This document shows, in pieces, positions 14,008 to 25,236 of a stretch of DNA of 64,000 nucleotides (positions are counted from its first letter, which is position 1; each line of letters starts with the position of its first letter). The DNA is from Octopus sinensis. Its lineage: Eukaryota. The stretch spans positions 45,632,001 through 45,696,000 of the forward strand of contig NC_043009.1 in the NCBI RefSeq assembly GCF_006345805.1. The letters are read 5' to 3'. The position numbers and the translations under genes were made by a program. Under the pieces are notes generated by a model. The model saw nothing but the letters and a program-made list of their open reading frames with translations, made no database searches and was not told the DNA's origin.

Positions 14008-14665
14008 AAGGCTGCGAGCTGGCAGAAACGTTAGCACGCCGGGCGAAATGCGAAGCCGTATTTCGTCTGCCGTTACGTTCTGAGTTCAAATTCCGACGAG
14101 GTCGACTTTGCCTCTCATCCTTTCGGGGTCGATGAATTAAGTACCAGTTATGCACTGGGGTCGATGTAATCGACTTAATCCGTTTGTCTGCCCTTGTTTA
14201 TCCTCTCTGTGTTTAGCCCCTTGTGGGTAGTAAAGAAATATGTATTTCGTCTGCCGCTACGTCCTTAATTCAAATTCCGCTGAGGTCGACTTTGCCTTTC
14301 ATACTTTCGGGGTCGATTAAATAAGTACCAGTGACACTGAGGTCGATGTAATCGACTTATTCCCTTTCCCAAAATGGCTGCCCTTGTGGCAAAATTTGAA
14401 ATCATTATTATTAAGGCAGCTAAGGCAGCGAGCTAGCAGAATAGATTGCACGCTGGGCTAAATACTTAGCGGCAGTTCGTCCGTCTTCGTGGTCTGATTT
14501 CAAATGCGGCCGAGGTTCACTTTACAATTCACTTTTCGGTGTCGATAAAATAAGTACGAATTGAACTGCTAACATTTGAAATTATTATTTTGATAAAGGC
14601 AAGAAGCTGAGAGAATAATTAGCGCGTCAGACAAAATGCTTTACTACATTTCATGCAGTTCCTAA
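14008..14665 (+). mobile_element. Head-to-tail array of SINE family A (dimer 14008-14410, monomer 14413-14590, partial 14596-14665)
   Basis: Successive AAGGC..CGAGCT heads, each after an ATTATT spacer, with progressively more decayed copies. Confidence 0.85.
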
Positions 14666-14886
14666 GGTTTTGAATTGAAATAATACACGCATACGGGAAA
14701 GCCTACTTTTCTCTGTCCAGGGCTTATATGCCCCATTATTAGATTATTTTCCTTAGTCATTTGCACGGTGATCTCTATAAGCTTTAAGCCTAGAAACAAT
14801 ACCATATATATATACGTACATAATCCAATTATATGTATATGTACATAACTCCATTATATATATATATATATATATATATATTGCTA

Positions 14887-15122
14887 TATTTCGGAATCGT
14901 CATTTTGCCAGTTTAGCCAATAAAAACACACGCACTATATATTTGATGTTACTTTGCTTCAGTGTTATTATTTTTTACATTAATCTTAATCTTATTTCGG
15001 CCAGAGTTCTTTCGTCACACTCCTGTGACCGCATCAGTGGTCCTTTGTTTTCTTCTTTCTTATTTGTGTCTCCCCTTACTAACCGTTATTGGCTAAACTG
15101 GCAAATTGACCATTCCGAAATA
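14887..15122. repeat. 37-bp inverted repeat (14887-14923 / 15086-15122, 2 mismatches) within a (TA)n tract
   Basis: TATTTCGGAATCGTCATTTTGCCAGTTTAGCCAATAA versus the reverse complement of the right arm. Confidence 0.9.
14999..15043 (-). ncRNA. Hammerhead-like variant (CUGAUGC core plus one extra G), CUC triplet
   Basis: Minus strand reads GGACCA-CUGAUGC-G-GUCAC-AGGAGU-GUGAC-GAAA-GAAC-UC-UGGCC. Lies between 37-bp inverted repeats. Confidence 0.5.
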
Positions 15123-15180
15123 AACAATATCTGTTTCACATAAAAAATCTTGCACAACAATATATAAACGTATATATATA

Positions 15181-15219
<39 letters not shown>

Positions 15220-15903
15220 AATTAGATATTGATATTAATAACTGTGGTGCATATATAATATCGTAGCTATGACGAGCTTCTTTAGCGTAATTTGTACATC
15301 AACTCACCTATGAGTAGTATTTGTATTAAACGTAACAGGGTCGGTTGAAACAAGGTGACAAAACAATAAATGAATAGCATTTATCTAATCAATATCGTTA
15401 TCTTTCTCAATAAATATGGTTTAACGTAGTATATTCAGGTGTGGTCATGTTAATTGTTATTTAAAAGTTATTAACTTCTGACAGTTAGATTACAAATATG
15501 TATAATATGACGTTGCTATGTGGACAGGAAAATTATCAACTGCAAACAAAAAAACAAAAAGTAAAAATAAGAGTAAAAACTTACAACCTAATGGAATTAG
15601 GCGTTTTTATGTGGTTGCACAGTATCTGAGGGTGTGGTCGGAAATGAACTTTTGCAAATTAAGCTAATTTTTTTCTTGGTTTATATTTTATGTAATATTT
15701 TAGAATAGTCTCATGAAGGGATGGCGTTATCTAAGAATGTACTGGTTCAATACCTAATATATTTTGGGGTGGTTAATATCCATAAAATAACAACGGGTTT
15801 ATATATCATATGAGGATATGTACGTATGTACTTGTAATTTCATGTAAATAATTGTGAATGTCCCTGTGTGTCTGTACATATATATATATATATATATATA
15901 TAA

Positions 15904-15951
<48 letters not shown>

Positions 15952-16619
15952 ATATATATACATATATATGTACATGTGTTTATGTATATATGTGTATGTA
16001 TCTATCTATCTATATATATATATATTTATAAATACATACATATATATATATATATGTACATGTGTATATATTTTTATATGCATGTGTGTATATATCTATA
16101 TATACTGAATCTACAGATGAATGTATGATCGCGTGATTGCAAATATATGTGTAATTTTATATATAGATGTGTTTTTCTCAGTTTTTATATATAAAATACA
16201 AATATAATTGAATTCCTCACCTCATTCATATTGTAGTTTATTCACATTTAATTTAATCTACAATCTCTATTTACTTACTCTTCGTTACCCTAATTATATT
16301 TGCATACTATATCTTACGCATAACAAACCTGTTTCCCCATCACCTAGACATATACGATTACTAATCAAAAACAGTATTATTCAGGCTGCCGTGATGTTTC
16401 AAATAACTAACACATAAAATATCGAAGGGTATATTCTTACTCCTCTGGAGTGATTTAGCTCAGAAATATGACTAGTATTTTAAAAATTTCGCTAAGCTCA
16501 ATTGAAACAGCTTTAAGGGATAATGATCGATTTTTTGCTGAAAATAAACCCTTAACTTTAATATCCCCATTTCTTCTTCTTCTTCTTCTTCTTCTTCTTC
16601 TTCTTCTTCTTCTTCTTCT

Positions 16620-16659
<40 letters not shown>

Positions 16660-19292
16660 GTGATGGGTGATTTTAACCTCCCTCATGTGAACTGGCCCAC
16701 AAATACTCCGAAGTTAGGCAAGTGCTCTACATCAGATAGGGCAGCAGCAGAACTGCTCTTTAATCTGATGGATGAGTATTTCCTGACTCAGCTAGTGCTT
16801 GAACCAACGAGACAGAATAAAACGATCTTGGATCTGGTACTGACAAATCACTCTAGCTACGTTCACAGCATTTCAGTCGAAAAAACTCTCCTCTCAGACC
16901 ACGACATGGTACTCTGCAATCTTAATTCCCGACGTATAAAAACCAAACCAGCCAATCCCACTCCATGGCACCCATTTGACAACATAAATTTCCACAAAGC
17001 GGACTGGGGAACAATCAGAAAGGATCTGTCTTCCATCGACTGGTCTTTTACTCTCAATTCCCCTCATATTGAGACCGCGTGGCAGCACTTTGAAACCATT
17101 GTCACCGACACATGCTCTAAACACGCTCCCAAGAAATCTACTAACACAAACAGAAACCGGCTCCCTAAAAAGAAAAAAAAAACACTCATCAGGCGCATCA
17201 AAAGACTCAACAAAAAAATCAACCAATTAAAATATTCCCACACGCAACATCCACATTCAACAACAATGAAAAGACTAGAGCTGGAAAAACTTCATCTGCA
17301 GACTAACATGAAAACCTCTATTGAAAATCAAAGAGCTGTGGAGGAACAATGGGTAATCAAAAACATCAAACAGAACCCAAAAGTGTTCTATTCTTATGCA
17401 AATAAGCATAGAACCACTGTCTCACCTATTGGGCCATTGATTGATGAAAACGGCATTCCCCAACACGATGCTAAAGAAATGGCAGAAATACTGCAGAAAC
17501 AATATTGCTCTGTCTTCAGTGTTCCCACTGATATTGATGTGAGGGAAACGAACGAAGCTGACTCCCAACACAAAATCGCAGACATAACCTTCACTGCCCC
17601 CGACATCGTAGCAGCAATAAATGAGGTCAAACATTACTCCGCTGTAGGCCCTGATAGATTTCCCGCCAGTCTCCTGAAGGAATGTAGATATCAACTTGCA
17701 GTCCCTCTGACCAACCTCTGGAGAAACTCGTTAGACGCAGGTTCTATCCCAGTCGGTCATCCCGGTTTTCAAACAGGGAAACAGATCCCTCGCAGTCAAC
17801 TATCGCCCAATCTCACTCACCTCCCACATCATTAAAGTGTTTGAAAGAGTGTTAAGATCAAGGATAGCTGACTTCCTGGAGACCCACAAACTCCTAAATT
17901 CAAATCAACATGGCTTTTGCTGTGGCAGGGACTGTCTAACACAGCTCTTACACCACATTGAAGATGTACTCAAAGCCTTGGGAACAGGTTCGAACTCTGA
18001 CGTCATATACCTTGACTTCAGTAAAGCGTTCGACAGGGTAGACCATAACATCCTACTCTCAAAATTGGCAAATGTTGGAATCCGTGGAAAAGTTCTACAC
18101 TGGATTCAGTATTTCCTAGCGAATAGAACAACAACATGTTGTAGTTGATGGAGTCCACTCAAACCCAGCAAAAGTCACCAGCGGTGTTCCCCAGGGAACT
18201 GTTTTGGGTCCGCTACTCTTCATAATTTATGTAAACGACCTTTCCAGTGTCGTACATCACTGCAAAGTGAAAATATTCGCTGATGACACTAAGCTCCAGC
18301 AAATCGTCAATGAAGAAGCAGACCGAACTCAACTCCAGTCTGACCTATATGCTGTGAGTCAATGGGCAGACAGAAACAACAATGCAACTGAATGAGGGAA
18401 AATTGAGCTGATGCATTTTGGAAGAAATTCCTCACTAAAACAACCATACTCTCTTCCTTCAGGGGAACCGCTCACAGCCTCTAACAATATCAGAGACCTG
18501 GTGTAACTGTTGATGACGATCTCAGTTGGAGTGCACACATCAACAAGAAGGTCGATACAGCTCGTAGGATGAGTTCCTGGGTCTTAAGAACTTTCCGGTC
18601 CAGAGAACAAGGTGTCATCATACCACTTTTTTCATCCTTTGTACGGCCACACCTTGAATACTGCTGCCCACTGTGGTCTCCTCACACAAGACAAAACATC
18701 TCCAGAATTGAGTCACCCCAGAGGGCTCTCACTAAACAAATTGAAGGCATGGCTGCTCTCGACTATTGGGATCGCCTTAAAGCCTTGAAACTTTACTCTC
18801 TCCAGCGTCGCCGTGAGCGGTACATCATTTGTACGATGTGGAAAATATACCGCCAACTTTGCCCAAACGACCTAAACATTAGCTTCAAGGTTCATCCGAG
18901 ACTTGGACCACGGGCTATACGTCCCCTGCAAAATTCAAGATCACAACATACATGTACACTGCAACATAATTTCTTTTCCTCAACAGGCCCTGCCCTATTT
19001 AACATTGTCCCGAGGGAGATCAAAGAGGAAAAGGATCCCATCAACTTCAAACAGAGTCTGGATAGATTCCTTCAACGAATACCAGACAAGCCACCCATAA
19101 TTGGATACAACTCACCCAACAAGAACTCACTACTTGAACAAAACTGGATACAACTCACCCAACAAGAACTCACTACTTGAACAAAACTTGACTTAAACAG
19201 GATTCGAATAATCCTATCAGGTGGTGCTATTAAGTTAGACATGGCCTGGACCAATCTTTGGTCGAAACATATCTAAGTTTTATCTAAGTTTT
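16660..19292 (+). mobile_element. 5'-truncated CR1-group LINE (APE C-terminus + RT), frameshifted
   Basis: VMGDFN and LDLVLTN, SDHD (APE); NYRPISLTS, QHGF, LDFSKAFDRVDH, SGVPQGTVLGPLLF, FADD, RPHLEYCCPLWSPH. Frame breaks near 17750, 18135, 18390 and 18500. Ends in an 11-bp repeat x2. Flanked by (TA)n on both sides. Confidence 0.95.
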
Positions 19293-19338
19293 ATATATAT
19301 ATATGATCAACTGCATGTATATATGTATATAAATATAT

Positions 19339-19410
<72 letters not shown>

Positions 19411-19598
19411 TAGTTGAATGAATTATCTTAGTATGGATAATTCGGTTAACCGATACCTGGGTAGCAAATTCACGTCACAAAAACACGGTTGAAGCTACAT
19501 GCCAAGGGCAGAGATCACGCGCTTTCGTGTGGAAATTTGTGTGTTTTTTTAATACAAATAAATGAAAGAATGGATTTGAACGACGATTTAACAAAATT

Positions 19599-19693
19599 CC
19601 TTTATTCTCGACATATGTTTCGAAGGCTGCATATTCCTAATTTCGAAGGAATAAGGGGTGCATTATGCCGCCTTCTCATCAGGAAAAACAAGG
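19599..19693 (-). ncRNA. Type I hammerhead ribozyme motif, canonical core, GUC cleavage triplet
   Basis: Minus strand reads CCUUGUUUUUC-CUGAUGA-GAAGGC...GCCUUC-GAAA-CAUAUG-UC-GAGAAUAAAGG. Stem II is 6 bp with an extended internal hairpin. Stem III is the palindrome CAUAUG. Stem I is 5 bp + 2x2 internal loop + 4 bp. Confidence 0.85.
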
Positions 19694-22109
19694 AACTTAT
19701 GTCAGCATCAAGATGAACAAAAACTCTTAGATGACTGCCCACACGGAGCCTATAGCGATAATGAGTGTTTCTTTAAAATATTCCGTTATAAGCAGTGACG
19801 TAAAAAATGGTTGGTTGAATGTAGAAGATTCTAGAAAGTTCAAGGGTTCAAACAAGGTTGGCGGAGAGAGGTCTAAGAATAGGAAGGTGACAGGGTGCAT
19901 ATATATATATATATATCAGTAAAAAATAAACGGCCGGTTACACGCCGGACTGCTCCAATCTGGCCTGCCCCAAGAAAATCTACGCCAAGAGCACTAGATT
20001 ATTTGGAAGAATGTATATGAAAATAAGGACGAAAAAATGGAGAAATATCATACAAAAACAAATACAAACAACAAGACAATTACAACAGTTATCTTTCGAC
20101 TAAAGACGAATTGAATTAAGCTGTCGTGTGTGGACTGAAGCCATACGGCAGGAACATAAGTGATGAAAGTCATGGGAAGGAATATAAGAGTTGCTACTCG
20201 GGTAGAAGTCGAACCAAGAAAGAAAGGTCAGGCTTGGCGGAACACCGGTCACGTGGAAGGAGAAGAGAGATGTAGGGGGCCGACGGATTGAAGAATTAGG
20301 GAGGGACGAGAAAGAGAGGAAAAGAAAGGGAAGGGAAATCCTACCATACTCTATGTCTAGGTACGATAGTATAGAACTCACAGTGACATAAGCAACACTG
20401 AAGGCATCAATTGTTGATTGGTAGGATGCTTTTTATATGTAAGTGCCAAATCAACTTTCAACCATAGATCCGAACCTTTGGGTGGCGCTTCCACCAATGG
20501 AGTTTATTAAATATATATATATATATATATGCATATGTGAGTACAAGTGTGTGACTGTGGGCGTGTGGGTGTGTGAATAGGATTATCATATTAATCTACT
20601 GCGGCTTTATATTTTGAAAGTCTATATTTCGAAAATGCTGTCGTCTCTAGTAATTTACTAATGCTTTTTTCCTTGTGTTTTGGTTTGTCTAACATTATAT
20701 GAATGTAATTTGACATATTATGTTTCCATATGTTGTGACTGTAAATCTTATTCTTGAATATTCGTAACGCGAATGTCATCTGTGTGTTAGTCGTATTAAT
20801 GCTGTTCCAGCGTCTTAAAACTGGTGAATCATGATTATTTCTGTCTGTGAAGGATTTTCAAAATATATTCTATGCAGACTTCTGATGTCTGGAAAGATAA
20901 TAATATTACTTCGTGTTTTTTGTTTTACAAAATTGCTGATGTTTGTAGTAAAGATGGTGGTTTCATTGTTTGAGTTATTGATCCTGTGATATCATGCATT
21001 TATGTGTAGTTTGGGCAAATGTTTAAGTTCAATTATTTTGCTCTGAATATTTTGGCAAAACTCTTGGCTATTTAGGGATTTTAAAATAAGTTTCCTGAAG
21101 AACAATACCTTTTAATTTAACCCGATAACTTTCACAAAATTTGAAACATTATTTCCCTCTATTAACGGATTTGTATCGTTTAATCGGCGTTCAATCAATG
21201 CCCAAAGCGTGTTTCGGTGCTTATTATATTCGCGATTCCCTTATCCAGTGTGTAATACCATTTATATGTTGAGAGGATGTCAATAGCGGATGTCTAGCTG
21301 CATAAGCGAGTTCAGTCTCTTCATTAGCTGACCACAAGCATGTGATAAACATATGCACGCTTTTTCTTTCTGTAAAGTGCACTTTAGTTTTTTACTGCAT
21401 AAAACATGATTCTTTATCTAGCGGTGATAAATTTGACTCAAAATCTTTGTTGATTTGCTTTTTTTTTTTTGCATACTGGATGAAACAAATCAGGAACACA
21501 TAATTACGAAACTGATCGACTATAAGCGGTACCATTTTACTGATCTAAGTCAGATAAAATTAAGACGAGTCATCTTCGAGGTTTAAAGAGAAAACTAAAT
21601 ATCTTGTGTTGTTGACCTCTACCTCAGTGAGCTAAACTCTCTGTCGAATGGCAGCCTTCTATATCGAATAACGTATCAAGTGAAATTTATCTATGAAAAT
21701 ATATATCGTATTCGATACTTGAAAATAGTATGAATTGTTGGATTGTAATGTCTCAGCAAAGTATAATTATATTTCACAGCAGGAGAACAGGACAATTGTC
21801 TATAAATTATGACAATAAACATTATATTTAATATTCGCCAGAATTTGAAAATATGGAAAGAGAAATTCTCAATGATAAACAGTAGGCAGCTTTTACCACA
21901 GAGTTAATATAAAAGGGAGAGAGGGAGAGAGAGAGAGAGGCACAGAGGAACAGATCGGGGTGGGGAGAGGGAGAGAAAGAGTGCCATAAAAACATCGAAA
22001 TTAGATTATAAAATTAACGTCTCGTATATATGTAAATACGCACATTCTTGCTTGAGTTACACCTATACCTATATGAATTTATAAGAGTATATATATATAT
22101 ATATATATA

Positions 22110-22242
22110 CATCCATATCTATCTATAAACATCAATATCTATCTGTATATATGTATATACATTATACATATATATCTATACATATATATATGTATATACA
22201 TATCTATACACTCACATATATATATATACATTCATATATACG

Positions 22243-22274
<32 letters not shown>

Positions 22275-22544
22275 TATATATATGTATATATATGTGTGTG
22301 TGTATGTATGTAAGTATGTATATCTACACACACACATATATATATATATTCATATATACATACACATATGTATATACATGCACACATACATATATATATT
22401 ATATATATATACATCCATATCTATCTATAAACATCAATATCTATCTGTATATATGTATATACATTATACATATATATCTATACATATATATATGTATATA
22501 CATATCTATACACTCACATATATATATATACATTCATATATACG

Positions 22545-22576
<32 letters not shown>

Positions 22577-22710
22577 TATATATATGTATATATATGTGTG
22601 TGTGTATGTATGTAAGTATGTATATCTACACACACACATATATATATATATTCATATATACATACACATATGTATATACATGCACACATACATATATATT
22701 ATTATATATA
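22110..22710. repeat. Tandem duplication of a ~302-bp microsatellite-mosaic unit
   Basis: CATCCATATCTATCTATAAACATCAATATC starts at 22110 and 22412; the downstream text is essentially identical. Confidence 0.85.
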
Positions 22711-23121
22711 ACGAGATATTTTATAGACTCAACTAAATTTAAATTTTTTCTATATTGAAATAAAATATGCAGTTTAGTAAAGAAAAACACATAATTTACT
22801 TTATTTCTCTACATTTTCTATTACTATTTGATTGCAACATTTTACTTTATTGTTATGTGCGTGCTTGCGCTTCGATATGATTTCTTTTTATTATTCAATT
22901 AAGTCCACATTGTAATTTGTAGCGCTAAACCACGTACATTGTGCATTGCTGTAAATATTTTGCTTATACATACATACATACATGCATACATACATACAAC
23001 ATACATACATACATACATTCATCAAAACAGGAGGCTGGAAAAATATTTTGGCGTTATTTATTCCACAAACATATATATATATATATATGTGTGTGTGTGT
23101 ATATATATATATATATGTTTA

Positions 23122-23375
23122 TATAAAATATTATTAGAGACAAAACCACTATTTTGCAAAACAAACAAGGAAAGACTTAATCAATACATAAAATTTTAAT
23201 AAATAGTCAAAAAAACCGCCACTACAATTGTTTCTTGTCTTGATCGACAATCTTCAGGTGGACTTCCAATAAGTCAGTTTCAAATTATGACTATTTATTA
23301 AAATTTTATGTATTGATTAAGTCTTTCCTTGTTTGTTTTGCAAAATAGTGGTTTTGTCTCTAATAATATTTTATA
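23122..23375. repeat. Perfect 88-bp inverted repeat (23122-23209 / 23288-23375), 78-nt spacer
   Basis: Arms compared base by base; adjacent to (TA)n. Confidence 0.95.
23219..23261 (-). ncRNA. Minimal type I hammerhead ribozyme motif (43 nt), GUA triplet
   Basis: Minus strand reads CCAC-CUGAAGA-UUGUC-GAUCAA-GACAA-GAAA-CAAUUG-UA-GUGG. All three stems pair. The stem II closing pair is U-A rather than the usual R-Y. Confidence 0.8.
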
Positions 23376-23684
23376 ATATTTTACTATAAAATTGGATTTA
23401 ATCCTAAATCTGATTTTTTCCCTGTAAATTTGGATTTATTCCCTAATATTTATTATTTATATGTTTATATATATATATATATATATAGCGGCCATGCTGG
23501 GGCACCACAGCTGAATGAGCTACATTAATATCTGAATCCACCTCTGATACGTGTATATATATATATATATATGTGTGTATATATATGTATATATATATGT
23601 GTGTGTGTATATATGTAAACATACATATACACCCCCTCGTGTATGTGTATGTTTATATACATATATATGTATATATATATATAT

Positions 23685-23724
<40 letters not shown>

Positions 23725-24297
23725 ACACACATATATATATATATATACTGTATATACATATATAATTTCCCTTATGTAACGTGTTATATACTCGTTATAC
23801 CTCTGCTCGTTGTCACTTCTTATTGTCCTGGGCGACTAAACATCCTCAGAATGATGCATGCCCTCAAACATTCGAACTTCTATACCCGGAAACCCACCCT
23901 CTAAAGATAAAAAAACTACAAGTATATATATATATATATATATATCATATATTACATCTTATATTGAACAAAAAGTTCCACGCTGTTTCTAAGTAAATGA
24001 TGTGTAATTTAACTTTTAGGATAACGCACAAAACTTTTGAAGCGGATTCATTTGAACTTACATCAAGAGAAACAACTACAAACTTTACAAACTTCTAATG
24101 TGGTTGCTGTTTACACAGTGGCGCCAACCATATTATATTCCTTTATCAGCTCAGCCACTAAATGACGACATAAACGTAGTTAAATACTGATCTGGTCACT
24201 GTAAGCGGCCATGCCACAAGCGGTTTAGAGACTAAAATATTAACTCAATTAGCAATACGTATAAATCGTTTATGGAATATGAAATAATAAATTCTTT

Positions 24298-24630
24298 ACT
24301 CTTTTACTTGTTTCAGTCATTTGACTGTGGTGATGCTGGAGCACCGCCTTTAGTCGAGCAAATCGACCCCAGGACTTATTCTTTGTACGCCTAGTACTTA
24401 TTTGAACGGTATATTATGCCGAACCGCTAAGTTACGGGGACGTAAACAGACCAGATTTGGTTGTCAAGCGATGTTGTGGGGACAAACACAGACACACAAA
24501 CGTATACACATACATACATATATAAATATATACATATATACGGCGGGCTTCTTTCAGTTTCCGTCTACCAAATCCACTCACAAGGCTTTGGTCGGCCCTA
24601 GGCTACATTAGAATACACTTGCCCAAGGTG
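24298..24630 (-). mobile_element. SINE family B (3' half, central microsatellite, part of head)
   Basis: ACTTGTTTCAGTCATTTGACTG...GCTGGAGCACCGCCTTTAGTCGAGC...TTTCAGTTTCCGTCTACCAAATCCACTCACAAGGCTTTGG. Confidence 0.88.
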
Positions 24631-25072
24631 ACAAATTCGTACCTTCATATTGACGCATGGAACGTTAAAGAAATATAATGAGCAATATTTCAATTTTATT
24701 GATGGCTTCGACCGACAACTCTCGGTATGGTTCAGAGTTATTATCGAAGAAAAGAGTTTACGCTAATTGTTCAAGCCATGCTGCAAGAAACACTTATTTA
24801 TTCTGCAAAACGTAATTGAGAGGGCGCATAACTTAATGGTCAGAGGTTTGCACGCGAGGTCGTGGTTTCAGCTCTTGGATCGGATGGTCCGTTGTGTTCT
24901 TGTGCAAAGCACTTCCTCTCATGTTGCTCTGACGAGTAGTACACCGTGCACCTATTCAGACAACGTCAGTTTGATATGAGGAAGCAGTGACTTTTGATCC
25001 CTATAGACAAAACGTTTGTGCTGCAAGAAATTTCTGAAGCGTCTTTCTCGGACCACGAGTAACTACTATAAT

Positions 25073-25128
<56 letters not shown>

Positions 25129-25134
<6 letters not shown>

Positions 25135-25236
25135 CATTTTATAAAGGGCTTAGTAAAATAAATTACTTTGCCACATACTGAGTTAAGTATGTGGCAAAGT
25201 AATTTATTTTACTAAGCCCTTTATAAAATGTAATAT
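25129..25236. repeat. Perfect 51-bp fold-back palindrome with 6-nt loop
   Basis: Arms at 25129-25179 and 25186-25236; directly follows (TA)n. Confidence 0.95.

Noticed and set aside
16468-16659. N-terminal part of the 455-aa ORF
   Set aside because: Read-through of unique and (CTT)n/(CT)n/(TA)n sequence; LINE homology starts only at VMGDFN (~16660).
19245-19275. Hairpin followed by GAAACATAT at the LINE 3' end, resembling an HHR 3' half
   Set aside because: No CUGANGA upstream; better explained as a LINE 3' stem-loop.
20040-20420. Possible degenerate Penelope GIY-YIG region (minus ORF 20100-20381)
   Set aside because: Only scattered residues match, with no GIY or YIG motif and no HHR core.
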